The notes: a model not told the origin generated them from the sequence alone. A stretch of DNA of 56,341 nt from Methylohalobius sp. (GCA_046295755.1 JBKBMR010000001.1:1-56341), one strand, 5' to 3'. Shown: positions 9,734 through 20,186, numbered from the stretch's first letter. Program-made: numbers and translations.

Positions 9734-10492
9734 GTGTTTTACCGTCGCTTATCTTCTCCCATCTCCCCTCGTCTCGCTTTGCGCCGATGGTACCAAACCC
9801 CTTTGGGACGCCGGCTGGGGCAGTTAGAGGCTAGCTTCTTAAATCGCTCGATCAAGGTTCCTTACTCCTTCACTTTAGTCCAGTTAGGCATAGTAGGTTG
9901 GGAAAAAAATTATCTAGACAGCGGCTATTTGCCGCATTTTGTCATCGTGGATGAAAACCTGGCTGGGTTGAACTTGCCGTGCATCTGCAGCCACCTAAAT
10001 TCTTTGCCGTTGGCTTCAGAAAGCATCGACGTCCTGATTCTGCCGCATACCTTAGAATACGTTCTTGACCAGCACCAACTCCTGCGCGAAGTGGAACGGG
10101 TATTGAAACCTGAAGGTCAGGCATTGATCCTAGGGTTTCATCCATGGAGTTTTTACCGCCTGTACGCTTATCTTCCTGGAAGACACCACGCTGCCCCTTG
10201 GCGCGGTCGCCCAGTCAGCCAGCACACCCTGCTGGACTGGCTGAGCCTCTTGAACTTTGCCGCCGAGATCTGCGCCCACTATGATTTCCACACCCTTTAT
10301 AATCCCTCCCAGCGCTGGTGGCGAGGTTATTGCTCGGCCCTATGGTCTGTGGGATACGCCGTGCGCGCCATCAAGCGCACTTATACTATGATCCCGCTTA
10401 ATCCGGTCGCAGAACCCTGTCCAGACTGGGTACCAGAGATCGCCTCGACGATTCAGAGAAAACTCGATGGCGCAAGACGATGCAATTGTTGA
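9734..10492 (+). CDS. Class I SAM-dependent methyltransferase (YafS-like); start uncertain
   Basis: [10 protein letters not shown] and [18 protein letters not shown]...[13 protein letters not shown]; GTG at 9734 chosen to avoid overlap with mltD. Confidence 0.75.
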   Translation: MFYRRLSSPISPRLALRRWYQTPLGRRLGQLEASFLNRSIKVPYSFTLVQLGIVGWEKNYLDSGYLPHFVIVDENLAGLNLPCICSHLNSLPLASESIDVLILPHTLEYVLDQHQLLREVERVLKPEGQALILGFHPWSFYRLYAYLPGRHHAAPWRGRPVSQHTLLDWLSLLNFAAEICAHYDFHTLYNPSQRWWRGYCSALWSVGYAVRAIKRTYTMIPLNPVAEPCPDWVPEIASTIQRKLDGARRCNC

Positions 10493-10931
10493 AATTTATA
10501 CTGATGGCGCCTGCCGCGGTAACCCGGGACCAGGCGGTTGGGGTGCCCTGCTGCGCTGTCGGGGCAGGGAGCGGGAACTGTCTGGGGCCGAGCCAAATAC
10601 GACCAACAATCGGATGGAACTGATGGCGGCCATCGCGGCCCTTGAAACCTTAAAACGCCCTTGCAGGGTCGTCCTGAGCACCGACTCCCTATACCTCAAG
10701 CAAGGCGTCACCGCATGGCTGCCCAACTGGATCAAGCGCAATTGGAAGACCGCTGCTGGCAAGCCGATCAAGAATCTCGACCTGTGGCAGCGGTTATGCG
10801 CGGCGATGGCGCGCCATCACATCCAATGGGAATGGGTACGCGGCCACAGCGGTCATCCTAAAAATGAACGCGCGGACCGTTTGGCCAACCGCGCCATAGA
10901 TGAATTATTACAACACAGTTCTAAAACATAA
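10467..10931 (+). CDS. rnhA: Ribonuclease HI
   Basis: [39 protein letters not shown]. Confidence 0.97.
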   Translation: MAQDDAIVEIYTDGACRGNPGPGGWGALLRCRGRERELSGAEPNTTNNRMELMAAIAALETLKRPCRVVLSTDSLYLKQGVTAWLPNWIKRNWKTAAGKPIKNLDLWQRLCAAMARHHIQWEWVRGHSGHPKNERADRLANRAIDELLQHSSKT

Positions 10932-10947
10932 AGTTGGGGAGGATGTC

Positions 10948-11652
10948 ATGCGTCAAATCGTGCTAGACACCGAAACTACTGGGCTTGATCCTGAAGCGGG
11001 TCACCGCATAATCGAAATCGGCTGTGTGGAATTGATCGACCGCCGACTGACCGGCAATCGCTTCCACGAATATCTGAACCCCGAACGCGAGATCGACCGG
11101 GGCGCGTTGAACGTCCACGGCATAGACCACGATTTTCTTGCCGATAAACCCAAGTTCTTCGAGATCGCCGACGACTTTCTCGCTTTCATCAAGGACAGCC
11201 AGCTCATCATCCATAACGCACCTTTCGACGTCGGATTTATCAACGCCGAATTGAGCCGCGCAGGTCCGCAATTCGGCCGCCTGGAGGACTACTGTACCAT
11301 CGTCGATACCTTGGAACTGGCCAAGCGCAAGCACCCTGGTCAGCGCAATAGCTTAGATGCCCTATGCAAGCGCTATCAGATCGACAACGGTCGGCGCGAC
11401 CTGCACGGCGCGCTGCTCGATGCCGAGATCCTGGCCGCGGTATATCTGGCGATGACCTGCGGCCAAATCGCACTTGGACTGGATGGCTACCAGCAAGAAA
11501 TCCGTTCCCAGACAGCATCGAGCAGCGGAAATCACCCCCGCCCAAACCTAAAACTGGTGAAATGCTCGCAGCAAGATCTTGACGCCCACCGAGAGTGGCT
11601 CAAGCTCATCGACGAAGCCAGCGGCGGCAAGTGTCTGTGGCTTGAGCACTAG
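10948..11652 (+). CDS. dnaQ: DNA polymerase III epsilon subunit
   Basis: MRQIVLDTETTG, HNAPFD, LHGALLDAEILA; GGAGG SD before ATG 10948. Confidence 0.96.
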   Translation: MRQIVLDTETTGLDPEAGHRIIEIGCVELIDRRLTGNRFHEYLNPEREIDRGALNVHGIDHDFLADKPKFFEIADDFLAFIKDSQLIIHNAPFDVGFINAELSRAGPQFGRLEDYCTIVDTLELAKRKHPGQRNSLDALCKRYQIDNGRRDLHGALLDAEILAAVYLAMTCGQIALGLDGYQQEIRSQTASSSGNHPRPNLKLVKCSQQDLDAHREWLKLIDEASGGKCLWLEH

Positions 11653-11693
11653 CCTGCCCAACCATTTTTGGTTATGCTGATTTGTGCTTTAAG

Positions 11694-11783
11694 GGAGAGG
11701 TGGCTGAGCGGTTGAAAGCACCGGTCTTGAAAACCGGCGAGGGTTAAAGCCCTCCGTGGGTTCAAATCCCACCCTCTCCGCCA
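11694..11783 (+). tRNA. tRNA-Ser (anticodon TGA)
   Basis: GGAGAGG/CCTCTCC acceptor stem, CCGGT-CT-TGA-AA-ACCGG anticodon arm, long variable arm, GTTCAAATC T-loop, encoded CCA. Confidence 0.96.
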
Positions 11784-11904
11784 GTCCTTTTGTAAATCAG
11801 CAAATTGTAGAGCAGTTCCACAATTTGTCCCCAATCGGCGATCAGGCATCGGACGCAAACATGCACTTGCTAAACGAAGGTGACGGCTAAATAATAGATT
11901 GTCT

Positions 11905-11988
11905 GCCTCGGTGGTGAAATCGGTAGACACACGGGACTTAAAATCCCGAGGGGGAAACCCCGTGCCGGTTCGAGTCCGGCCCGAGGCA
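11905..11988 (+). tRNA. tRNA-Leu (anticodon TAA), CCA not encoded
   Basis: GCCTCGG/CCGAGGC acceptor stem, CGGGA-CT-TAA-AA-TCCCG anticodon arm, GTTCGAGTC T-loop; followed by CTA. Confidence 0.94.
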
Positions 11989-12043
11989 CTAAGACTTCAG
12001 GATCACCCTCAAAAAAACGCCGTAAATTTAAGGTTAACACCTG

Positions 12044-13231
12044 ATGGCAGGTCGCAATCACCTTTACGTCCCAGGCCCCACCAACGTGCCGGATTCGGTG
12101 CTCAGCGCCATGCACGTACCCATGGAAGATCATCGAGCGCCGGATTTTCCGAAACTCGTCAAGCCTCTGTTTGCGGACTTAAAAAAAGTGTTTCGCACGG
12201 AAAGCGGCCGAGTTTTTATCTTCCCTGCCACTGGCACCGCTGGGTGGGAAATCGCGATGACCAATACCCTGTCTCCGGGAGACAAGGTTCTGTCCTACCG
12301 CTTTGGCCACTTCAGCCACCTGTGGATCCAGTCGGCCATCCGCTTGGGGCTGGAGGTCGAATACCACGAAGTCCCCTGGGGGGAAGGGGTGCCTTTGGAT
12401 CACCTGGAAGAGCGCTTGCGCCGTGATCGAGAGCACCAAATCCGGGCGCTTCTGGTCTGCCACAACGAAACCTCTACCGGGGTCACCAACGACCTCAAAG
12501 CGATCCGCAAGGTCCTGGACGATGTAGGTCACCCGGCTTTATTCATGATCGATGGGGTCAGCTCTATCGGGAGCATCGAGTTTCGGATGGACGATTGGGG
12601 CGTAGACGTAGCTTTGACCGGTTCACAAAAGGGCTTCATGTTACCGGCCGGCGGCGCTTTTGTTTGCTTCAGCCAGAAAGCGCTGGAAAGATGCCACAGC
12701 GCAAGACTCCCACGCAGTTTCTTTAGCATCGAAGACCAAATCCAGGCTAACGACAGCGGTTATTTCCCTTACACGCCCAACACCTCCATGCTTCATGGCC
12801 TGCGAAAAGTGCTCGACCTGCTTTTGGCCGAGGGGATGGATCAGGTACACGCCCGCCATCGCCGCCTAGCCGAAGGAGTGCGGCGCGCCGTGCTGGAAGG
12901 CTGGGGACTTAAGCTGTGCGCACGGGATCCCAAATGGTATTCGGACACGGTTTCTGCGATCGTGGTGCCTGCAGGCTTCGACGCCCGCGACGTGATCCAT
13001 ACAGCCTACCATCGCTACAAGCTGTCGCTGGGTTCAGGGCTGTCTGAGGTGGCCGGTAAAGTGTTCCGCATAGGTCACCTAGGAGACGCCAACGAACTCA
13101 TGCTGGCCAGCGCGATCGTCGGCGCCGAGATGGCAATGCGCGATGTAGGGATCGATATCCAACCCGGCAGCGGCATCGCAGCAGCGATGAAGTATTGGCG
13201 CGATACCGCTCCGGCAATTCCGCCGCGTTGA
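12044..13231 (+). CDS. sgaA: Serine-glyoxylate aminotransferase (class V PLP enzyme)
   Basis: MAGRNHLYVPGPTN, HNETSTGV, DGVSS, TGSQKG (PLP lysine), FRIGHLG. Confidence 0.88.
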   Translation: MAGRNHLYVPGPTNVPDSVLSAMHVPMEDHRAPDFPKLVKPLFADLKKVFRTESGRVFIFPATGTAGWEIAMTNTLSPGDKVLSYRFGHFSHLWIQSAIRLGLEVEYHEVPWGEGVPLDHLEERLRRDREHQIRALLVCHNETSTGVTNDLKAIRKVLDDVGHPALFMIDGVSSIGSIEFRMDDWGVDVALTGSQKGFMLPAGGAFVCFSQKALERCHSARLPRSFFSIEDQIQANDSGYFPYTPNTSMLHGLRKVLDLLLAEGMDQVHARHRRLAEGVRRAVLEGWGLKLCARDPKWYSDTVSAIVVPAGFDARDVIHTAYHRYKLSLGSGLSEVAGKVFRIGHLGDANELMLASAIVGAEMAMRDVGIDIQPGSGIAAAMKYWRDTAPAIPPR

Positions 13232-13451
13232 TGCCTGCCAAAGTTCTGCTTACCGCGCGCTGGCCTGAATCCGTCGAGGCCGAGATCACGCGGCGGTATG
13301 CGGTCACCTCTTGGACGAAGGAGCGCTTGAGCGCTTCATCCAACACTACAGGCGCCTTACGTTATGGATGCTGGAAGAAATGCCCCATCGCGCCGATGCG
13401 GTGTTGACCTTGGGAGAAGATCACCAAATTCACGCGATTGAATACCGATGA
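13231..13451 (+). pseudogene. Chimeric remnant: 5' end of a D-2-hydroxyacid dehydrogenase (hpr/glyoxylate reductase-like) fused out of frame to the 3' end of a D-glycerate 3-kinase (GLYK-like)
   Basis: 13231-13308 encodes MPAKVLLTARWPESVEAEITRRYAVT with a TGATG overlap on sga; 13311-13451 in another frame encodes LDEGALERFIQHYRRLTLWMLEEMPHRADAVLTLGEDHQIHAIEYR* with an ATGA overlap on psd. Confidence 0.72.
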
Positions 13452-14293
13452 AAGCGATCCTATTTGCCTGGTTGCAGTACCTACTTCCCCAGCACACCCT
13501 CTCACGCCTAGTGGGAAAAATCGCCCGTTGTCGCATCGGCTGGCTTAAGGATGCCTTGATCTTGTGGTTTGCCCGCTGCTACCAGGTCGATCTGACTGAA
13601 GCGGAAATTGAAAATCCCAAAGCGTATCCTTGTTTGGATGCGTTTTTCACCCGCGCTCTCAAACCTGGCGCTCGGCCGCTTCCTCAAGATCCAGAATTTA
13701 TCGTCTGCCCAGCCGACGGCACCATAAGCCAGCTCGGCAGCTTAACGGGGGAATGGTTGATCCAGGCCAAAGGCCGGGATTACTCTGCTGCGGCGCTTTT
13801 GGGCGATGCCGCTTTGGCGGAACCGTTCGTCGATGGAGAATTTGCGACTATTTATCTTTCACCGCGCGACTACCACCGCGTGCACATGCCTTACCCCGGC
13901 ACGCTTAAAGAGATGCTTCACATTCCCGGACGCCTGTTTTCGGTGAGCGAATCCACCGCCGAAGAGGTAGAAAACCTGTTTGCCCGCAACGAGCGCGTGG
14001 TGTGCTTGTTCGATACCGATCTGGGCCCTATGGCAATAGTGCTGGTAGGAGCCCTGCTCGTGGCCGGGATCGAGACCGTCTGGCACGGGTTGGTAACACC
14101 CCCCTCTGGCAGGCAAATCCGTCGTTGGCACTACGATGGCATGCGCCTTGCGCGGGGGGAAGAGCTTGGGCGGTTTCACCTAGGCTCGACGGTGATCCTC
14201 TTGTTTCCCCCCGCCCGCCTTAGCTGGTGCGCCCAAGCCGGACAAGGCATACGCCTAGGGCAAGCCTTGGGCCGCAAACTTCCGGCCGGTTAA
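13448..14293 (+). CDS. psd: Phosphatidylserine decarboxylase proenzyme
   Basis: FFTRALKPGARP, YLSPRDYHRVHMP, RNERVV and LGST self-cleavage motif. Confidence 0.95.
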   Translation: MKAILFAWLQYLLPQHTLSRLVGKIARCRIGWLKDALILWFARCYQVDLTEAEIENPKAYPCLDAFFTRALKPGARPLPQDPEFIVCPADGTISQLGSLTGEWLIQAKGRDYSAAALLGDAALAEPFVDGEFATIYLSPRDYHRVHMPYPGTLKEMLHIPGRLFSVSESTAEEVENLFARNERVVCLFDTDLGPMAIVLVGALLVAGIETVWHGLVTPPSGRQIRRWHYDGMRLARGEELGRFHLGSTVILLFPPARLSWCAQAGQGIRLGQALGRKLPAG

Positions 14294-15669
14294 AAATAGA
14301 CTCTGGCCGAAGCCGCGAAGAAGTCGGGGTTGACTCCCTTGAAAAGGCCTTTGTTGATATCCAAGACGCGCACGTAGTTGAACATTAGCTTGGCGTTGGG
14401 ATTGACGTACCAGTTGAGGCCAAAGGTAGCGTTGCGTTCGGCGGCACATTGAGAAGCGGCGCAGTCGCCTAAATTGGCTTTGCTGTAGCGGGCGACCAGC
14501 TCCCAGGCCCCCCATCCGCCTTGGCCGACTAAGGTGTTGGGGTGGGGATTGCGGATTAAGGCGTCTTCAAAGTCGTACTCTCTGGGCTCCCCGGTCAGCG
14601 TCCAGGTGGCCTGAGCGTACCAGGCGTCGAAGTTAAAGCTTTGCTTGCCGGAAAGCTGGGCGCGCTGGTACTCGCCTTGCAGCGAGAAAGGGCCATAGAT
14701 CACCGCCGCTTCGGGCATCAGGCGGACTACGTTCTCTATTCCCTTAAGGTCACCTGTATCGATAAGGCGCACCGCCTCGCCAAAGCGCAGCTCAGGCACG
14801 GCGCGAAAGCGCACCGTGCTTGGGCCGTCGAACCTCAGCCAAGACCCGGCCATCCCCAGGTGCACGACTCTCTCTTCGCCATGCCAGGGCGCTAAGGTAA
14901 AACGGCCAACGAACACCAAGGGGTCAGAATCCTGAGTCTTGCCAAACTCGTTGCCCGCCGCCCCTTTGCCGAACACCGCCGCCTGCGCCGTCCACAGCTC
15001 ATGGCCATAGGTAAACAAGCCGATTCCTACGCGCCGGCCGTCGCTTGCTCCGCCAAAGTCGTGAAACAAGCGCGAACCTAAAGCGCGTTCGATGAAAGTC
15101 ATATCGTTGGAGCTGTTTAAGCTTTCCAGCCCCAAAGGCTCTTTAAACTGCCCAAGCATGACCATCAGCGGCCAGTTTTGGGGAAGGTCTTGGAAGCGGT
15201 AAGCGAGGTAAATGTCGCGCAGGCCGGCGTCGGCTTCCGGTTCTGATCCGGAGAATTCAAGATGGACCCTAAAATCCCAGGCCTTCCAGACCGTCCCCAA
15301 CGCCTCCAGGCGCGCGCGGCGCACGTCCACCCCGTCTTCGAACTTGGTGCGCCCCAAGCGACCGTCGTCGTTGCGCACAAACCCACCGTTTAGGTGCACG
15401 CGGCCGCGGATGCGCCATTTGAAATCGCCTTCGGGACTTGCGATCTCAAATTTTCCTTTGGTCTCGATCTTGGGCAGCTCTTCTGGCTTTTTCACCGGCT
15501 CAGCTTTTTGGTCTTTTTTCAAAGCCTGCTCGACCTTCTCGTAAGTTGCCTCGTCGATGGTCCCCTTGGCCTTAAGCGCCTTAAGAAGTTCCAGCACCGC
15601 TTCGGATTCTCCCCCAAACCCCAAAGATGGAAGCACGATAAAGCTCAAAGCCAGTTTTTTGAGCCGCAT
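14290..15669 (-). CDS. Phosphate-selective porin (OprO/OprP family)
   Basis: Signal peptide; RRARL, GQFKEPLGLE, FIER, TGEPR, GAWELVARYS, GLNWY motifs; C-terminal Phe; GGAG SD before ATG 15669. Confidence 0.85.
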   Translation of the reverse strand: MRLKKLALSFIVLPSLGFGGESEAVLELLKALKAKGTIDEATYEKVEQALKKDQKAEPVKKPEELPKIETKGKFEIASPEGDFKWRIRGRVHLNGGFVRNDDGRLGRTKFEDGVDVRRARLEALGTVWKAWDFRVHLEFSGSEPEADAGLRDIYLAYRFQDLPQNWPLMVMLGQFKEPLGLESLNSSNDMTFIERALGSRLFHDFGGASDGRRVGIGLFTYGHELWTAQAAVFGKGAAGNEFGKTQDSDPLVFVGRFTLAPWHGEERVVHLGMAGSWLRFDGPSTVRFRAVPELRFGEAVRLIDTGDLKGIENVVRLMPEAAVIYGPFSLQGEYQRAQLSGKQSFNFDAWYAQATWTLTGEPREYDFEDALIRNPHPNTLVGQGGWGAWELVARYSKANLGDCAASQCAAERNATFGLNWYVNPNAKLMFNYVRVLDINKGLFKGVNPDFFAASARVYF

Positions 15670-15876
15670 TCTTTTTCTCCAGCTAAATAAATAAATAAAA
15701 TACAAGCGAAAATTAAAAGATGACAATGCAACCGCCGAAGCTCAGGCATCGGATGACAAAAATCGCCTCTTAGCGAGAGGGGGAGATTGATGTCCTATCC
15801 GTAGGACAGGTTTACAGGTTCGGCGAAGAGCGCAAAGGCTGCCTGCAGTTCTTACAACCACTGAGGCTTTCTCGGT

Positions 15877-15968
15877 TGGCGGAGAGGGAGGGATTCGAAC
15901 CCTCGATGGGCTTTTGGCCCATACTCCCTTAGCAGGGGAGCGCCTTCGACCTACTCGGCCACCTCTCC
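15877..15968 (-). tRNA. tRNA-Ser (anticodon GCT)
   Basis: Reverse complement GGAGAGG...CTCCC-CT-GCT-AA-GGGAG...GTTCGAATC...CCTCTCCGCCA; usual position after csrA. Confidence 0.96.
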
Positions 15969-15994
15969 GATCATTTGAATTTGGAGCGTATCCG

Positions 15995-16240
15995 CTATTC
16001 GGCTTCAGATTCACCGTCAGACGGTCCAGCGTCTGAAATCGGCTCAGATCCAAGCGTCGGCTGGACTGCGCTCTCCTTTTCGCGCCTAATGCGTTCGTAG
16101 ATTTCTTCGCGATGGACCGCGACATCCTTGGGCGCGTTGACGCCAATGCGAACTTGGTTGCCCTTGACGCCAAGCACGGTGACTGTGACGTTATCGCCAA
16201 TGACCAGCGTTTCCCCTACTCTCCGGGTCAGAATAAGCAT
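15995..16240 (-). CDS. csrA: Carbon storage regulator CsrA/RsmA
   Basis: [12 protein letters not shown]...[19 protein letters not shown]; acidic C-terminal tail. Confidence 0.97.
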   Translation of the reverse strand: MLILTRRVGETLVIGDNVTVTVLGVKGNQVRIGVNAPKDVAVHREEIYERIRREKESAVQPTLGSEPISDAGPSDGESEAE

Positions 16241-16313
16241 TTGAATCGTCCTTTCCGTTTACTGAAATCAGTCACGGCGCAAATCGCGCTGGCACTGAAA
16301 GCAGCTCAGATCA

Positions 16314-16342
16314 ATTATAACACCTCGTTTTTGAGGGGCAAA
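16314..16342 (-). promoter_or_regulatory. Putative sigma70 promoter of csrA (extended -10)
   Basis: TTTGCC/TTGCCC -35, then TG-N-TATAAT with TATAAT at 16319-16314; leader carries ACGGA and AAGGA (possible CsrA autoregulation). Confidence 0.6.
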
Positions 16343-16348
16343 CCCAAA

Positions 16349-17575
16349 TCAAACTGCCGGCGCCTTGTCCAGTTCAAAAGTATCGTGCAAGGTACGCACG
16401 GCAAGTTCCAAGTATTTTTCGTCCAACACCACCGAAATCTTAATCTCCGAAGTAGATATCATTCGGATATTGATTCCCTCCTGGGCAAGGGCCCGGAACA
16501 TTTTGCTCGCAATTCCGGCGTGGGAACGCATCCCTACCCCTACCAGCGATACTTTGACGATGCGGTCGTCGCCGGTGATCCGGCGTGCCCCAAGGTCGCG
16601 CCGCACGTGCTCTAAGATATCCAAAGCTTTGGGATAGTCATTGCGGTGCACGGTAAAAGTAAAATCGGTGGTGTCGTCTTCGGCCACGTTCTGGACGATC
16701 ATATCCACCTCGATATTGGCGTCGGCGATTGGCCCTAAGATCGCGGCGGCGATACCTGGGCGGTCGGGGACGCCCTCTACCGTCAGCTTGGCCTCGTCTC
16801 GATTGAAGGCGATACCGGAAATCAACGCTTGTTCCATATTCTCTTCCTCGTAGGTGATCAAGGTTCCAGGGCCGTCGTCGAAGGTGGACAGCACCCTTAA
16901 GGGAACGTTATACTTGCCGGCAAACTCCACCGAGCGGATCTGCAACACCTTGGAGCCTAGGCTAGCCATCTCCAACATCTCTTCAAAGGTGATCCGGTCT
17001 AAGCGCCTGGCTTTGGGTTCGACCCTGGGATCGGTAGTGTATACCCCATCTACATCGGTGTAGATGCGGCATTCATCCGCCCTAAGGGCGGCGGCCAAAG
17101 CCACTGCAGTGGTGTCGGAGCCGCCTCGGCCTAAGGTGGTGATATCGCCTTCCTCGTTCACCCCTTGGAAACCCGCCACTACCACCACTTTACCCTGAGC
17201 CAAGTCTCTGCGGATACGCGAGGTGTCGATGTCTAAAATCCGCGCCTTGGTGTGGACCGCATCGGTGAGAATCCTGGCCTGCGCGCCGGTGTAAGAACTG
17301 GCAGGACACCCTAGCGTCTCCAGCGCCATGCACAACAAGGCGATGGTGACCTGCTCGCCGGTGGCCAAGAGTACGTCCAGTTCGCGTGGATTGGGCCGAT
17401 CCTGGATCTGCCGCGCCAGTCCGAGCAATCGGTCGGTTTCGCCGCTCATGGCCGAAACCACGACCACAAGCTCGTCACCGCACTGCTTGGCCTGGACGAT
17501 CTTAGTCGCCACGTGTTTGATTCGGTCGATCGTGCCGACCGAAGTGCCACCGTATTTATGGACGTAAAGCGCCAT
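16349..17575 (-). CDS. lysC: Aspartate kinase
   Basis: KYGGTSV, TTLGRGGSDTTAVA, C-terminal ACT domains. Confidence 0.95.
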   Translation of the reverse strand: MALYVHKYGGTSVGTIDRIKHVATKIVQAKQCGDELVVVVSAMSGETDRLLGLARQIQDRPNPRELDVLLATGEQVTIALLCMALETLGCPASSYTGAQARILTDAVHTKARILDIDTSRIRRDLAQGKVVVVAGFQGVNEEGDITTLGRGGSDTTAVALAAALRADECRIYTDVDGVYTTDPRVEPKARRLDRITFEEMLEMASLGSKVLQIRSVEFAGKYNVPLRVLSTFDDGPGTLITYEEENMEQALISGIAFNRDEAKLTVEGVPDRPGIAAAILGPIADANIEVDMIVQNVAEDDTTDFTFTVHRNDYPKALDILEHVRRDLGARRITGDDRIVKVSLVGVGMRSHAGIASKMFRALAQEGINIRMISTSEIKISVVLDEKYLELAVRTLHDTFELDKAPAV

Positions 17576-17582
17576 CACTGCC

Positions 17583-20186
17583 TCACAAGCGTTCTCTTAC
17601 CCAATCCACCACGGAGGCCAGCGCCTGATTCAGTTTCTCCGGCTGGGTTCCACCGGCCTGGGCGAAATCCGCGCGCCCGCCGCCGCGCCCTCCCACCTGG
17701 CCAGCGACGAAGTTGACCAACTCCCCGGCCCGGATGCGGTCGGTGAGGTCTAAAGTCGCGCCAGCCACCAACGTGACCTTGTCATCCTTTACCGTCGCTA
17801 GGACAATCGCTGCGCTGCCCAGCTTGTCTTTGAGCTGGTCGACGATAGCACGCAGGGCCTTGGGATCAGCAACGTCCAGGCAAGCGGCAAGCACTTTGAT
17901 TCCTCCCACGTCCACCGCCTGGGACGCCAGGTCGCCGCCGGCTGTAGTCGCCAATTTGGCCCGGAGGCGTTCTAGCTCCCTCTCCAACTGGCGGTTCCTT
18001 TCCAGTAGCTGACTCACCTTGTCCTCCAGCTCCTTAGGCTGACAGCGCAGCAATCCTGCCAGGACACTTAAGCTGCGGTCGGCTTGCTGGACCCAACGCA
18101 GCGCGTATTCTCCCGTGACCGCCTCGATCCGGCGAATACCTGAGGCGATGCCGGTTTCGGCGATGATCTTGAACAAGCCGATGTCGCCGGAACGACGCAC
18201 GTGGGTGCCACCGCACAACTCCACTGAGAAATCACCGATCCTCAGCACTCTGACGCGCTCGCCGTATTTTTCTCCAAATAAAGCAACGGCGCCGGCAGCT
18301 AGGGCGTCCTCCATTGTCATCACTTCGGCGATCACCGGCTGGTTCTTGCGGATCTCGGAATTGACCATCCGCTCGATCTCCTCAAGCTGCGCACGCGTAA
18401 GCGGCTCAAAATGCGAAAAATCGAACCGCAAGCGTTCAGCATCCACTAGGGAACCTTTCTGCTGGACGTGCCCACCCAAAAGCCTTCTTAAGGCTGCGTG
18501 CAGCAGGTGAGTGGCAGAATGATTCAAGGCGGTAGCGCGACGTAGTTCTTCGTCCACCCGCGCGGTACATTCAGCGCCCCGGTCGATATGACCTTGCACT
18601 ACCTTACCCAAATGCAGCCAGACGTCGCCACGCTTGCGGGTGTCTTCGACTCGGAATACGCCAAAAGCAGTCACAATCCGCCCCTTATCTCCCACCTGAC
18701 CGCCGCCTTCGGCATAAAATGGCGTCTGGTCCAGGACGACTGCACCGGACTCCCCCGCAGCCAAAGTTTCGACTTGCTCGCTGTCCTTGAGAAGAGCGAC
18801 AATTTTAGCTTTGATCTCGAGCCGGTCATAACCGACGAAGGAAGTTCTGCCGTAGATCGGGACAACCTTGTGGTAGTCGGCAGCAAAACCGCTCGCCGCC
18901 CTGGCCCGCTCGCGCTGTTCGGCCATGGCTTGCTCAAATCCCTCAAGGTCTAATTCTAGGCCGTGTTCTAGCGCAAAATCCCGGGTCAGATCGACTGGGA
19001 AGCCATAAGTGTCGTAGAGTAAGAAAATCAAACTGCCCGGAATCCGCCTCCCTTCAAGCTTTTTCAGGCTGTCCTCCAAGAGCCGCATCCCTTGTTCCAA
19101 AGTCTCGGCGAAGCGCTCTTCTTCACGCCTAAGCACCTGTTCAATCTGGGGGCGAGCCACTACGATTTCAGGATAAGCCTCCCCCATTACTTCTCCCAAC
19201 GGAGTGACCAATTGGTAGAAGAAAGGTTCGCGGATACCGAGCCGATACCCATGTCGGACGGCCCGGCGAATGATGCGGCGCAGCACGTATCCGCGCCCCT
19301 CGTTCGCCGGCAGAACACCATCGGCGATCAGGAACGCTGCGGCTCGAATGTGGTCGGCGATCACCTTCAGCGAACTATTCCTTAAGTCGTCGGTATGAGC
19401 CAAATCGGCAGCCGCCCGAATCAAGTGGCGAAACAGATCGATATCGTAATTGCTGTGTACCCCCTGCATGACCGCTGCGATCCGCTCCAGTCCCATGCCG
19501 GTGTCTACCGAAGGCTTAGGCAAAGGTGTCAAAGTCCCATCGGCCGCCCGATCATACTGCATGAACACCAGGTTCCAAATCTCCACGTAGCGGTCACCAT
19601 CGGCCTCGGGCGAGCCAGGGGGGCCGCCCGGAATCCCCGGGCCGTGGTCGTAGAAGATCTCGCTGCACGGACCACAAGGTCCGGTGTCCCCCATCGCCCA
19701 AAAGTTGTCTTTGGCGCCGATGCGGGCAAAGTGCTGAGGATCGACCTTGATTTGTTCAAGCCAGATGGCGGCGGCTTCGTCGTCCTCCTCATACACCGTC
19801 ACCCACAGCTTCTCCTTAGGAATCTCCAGCACCTGGGTGAGAAATTCCCACGCATACTCGATCGCCTCGCGCTTGAAATAGTCGCCGAAGCTGAAGTTGC
19901 CCAGCATCTCGAAGAAAGTGTGATGGCGCGCGGTGTAGCCGACGTTTTCTAGGTCGTTGTGCTTGCCGCCGGCGCGCAGACATTTCTGCGCCGATGCCGC
20001 CCGGGTGTAAGGCCTGACCTCGCGCCCCAGGAAAACGTCCTTGAATTGAACCATGCCGGCGTTGGTGAACAAGAGGGTAGGGTCGCCTGCCGGAATCAAG
20101 GAACTGGAAGGCACGATGGTGTGACCGCGCTCGCGGAAGTAATCCAAAAACAAGGTACGGATTGCCGAAGTCGTCAAAGTTTTCAT
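17583..20186 (-). CDS. alaS: Alanine--tRNA ligase
   Basis: [36 protein letters not shown] and ELCGGTH editing motifs, GGRGGG. Confidence 0.98.
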   Translation of the reverse strand: MKTLTTSAIRTLFLDYFRERGHTIVPSSSLIPAGDPTLLFTNAGMVQFKDVFLGREVRPYTRAASAQKCLRAGGKHNDLENVGYTARHHTFFEMLGNFSFGDYFKREAIEYAWEFLTQVLEIPKEKLWVTVYEEDDEAAAIWLEQIKVDPQHFARIGAKDNFWAMGDTGPCGPCSEIFYDHGPGIPGGPPGSPEADGDRYVEIWNLVFMQYDRAADGTLTPLPKPSVDTGMGLERIAAVMQGVHSNYDIDLFRHLIRAAADLAHTDDLRNSSLKVIADHIRAAAFLIADGVLPANEGRGYVLRRIIRRAVRHGYRLGIREPFFYQLVTPLGEVMGEAYPEIVVARPQIEQVLRREEERFAETLEQGMRLLEDSLKKLEGRRIPGSLIFLLYDTYGFPVDLTRDFALEHGLELDLEGFEQAMAEQRERARAASGFAADYHKVVPIYGRTSFVGYDRLEIKAKIVALLKDSEQVETLAAGESGAVVLDQTPFYAEGGGQVGDKGRIVTAFGVFRVEDTRKRGDVWLHLGKVVQGHIDRGAECTARVDEELRRATALNHSATHLLHAALRRLLGGHVQQKGSLVDAERLRFDFSHFEPLTRAQLEEIERMVNSEIRKNQPVIAEVMTMEDALAAGAVALFGEKYGERVRVLRIGDFSVELCGGTHVRRSGDIGLFKIIAETGIASGIRRIEAVTGEYALRWVQQADRSLSVLAGLLRCQPKELEDKVSQLLERNRQLERELERLRAKLATTAGGDLASQAVDVGGIKVLAACLDVADPKALRAIVDQLKDKLGSAAIVLATVKDDKVTLVAGATLDLTDRIRAGELVNFVAGQVGGRGGGRADFAQAGGTQPEKLNQALASVVDWVRERL

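Noticed and set aside
11649-12426. ORFs 11649-11930, 11870-12133 and 11899-12426
   Set aside because: Shadow ORFs over the tRNA genes and sga
13195-13407. 70-aa ORF as an intact gene
   Set aside because: Family resemblance ends at about 13308; better explained as a chimeric pseudogene
11784-15876. Genomic island bounded by the tRNA genes
   Set aside because: No integrase, no duplicated tRNA 3' end seen, and the content (psd, porin, sga) is chromosomal
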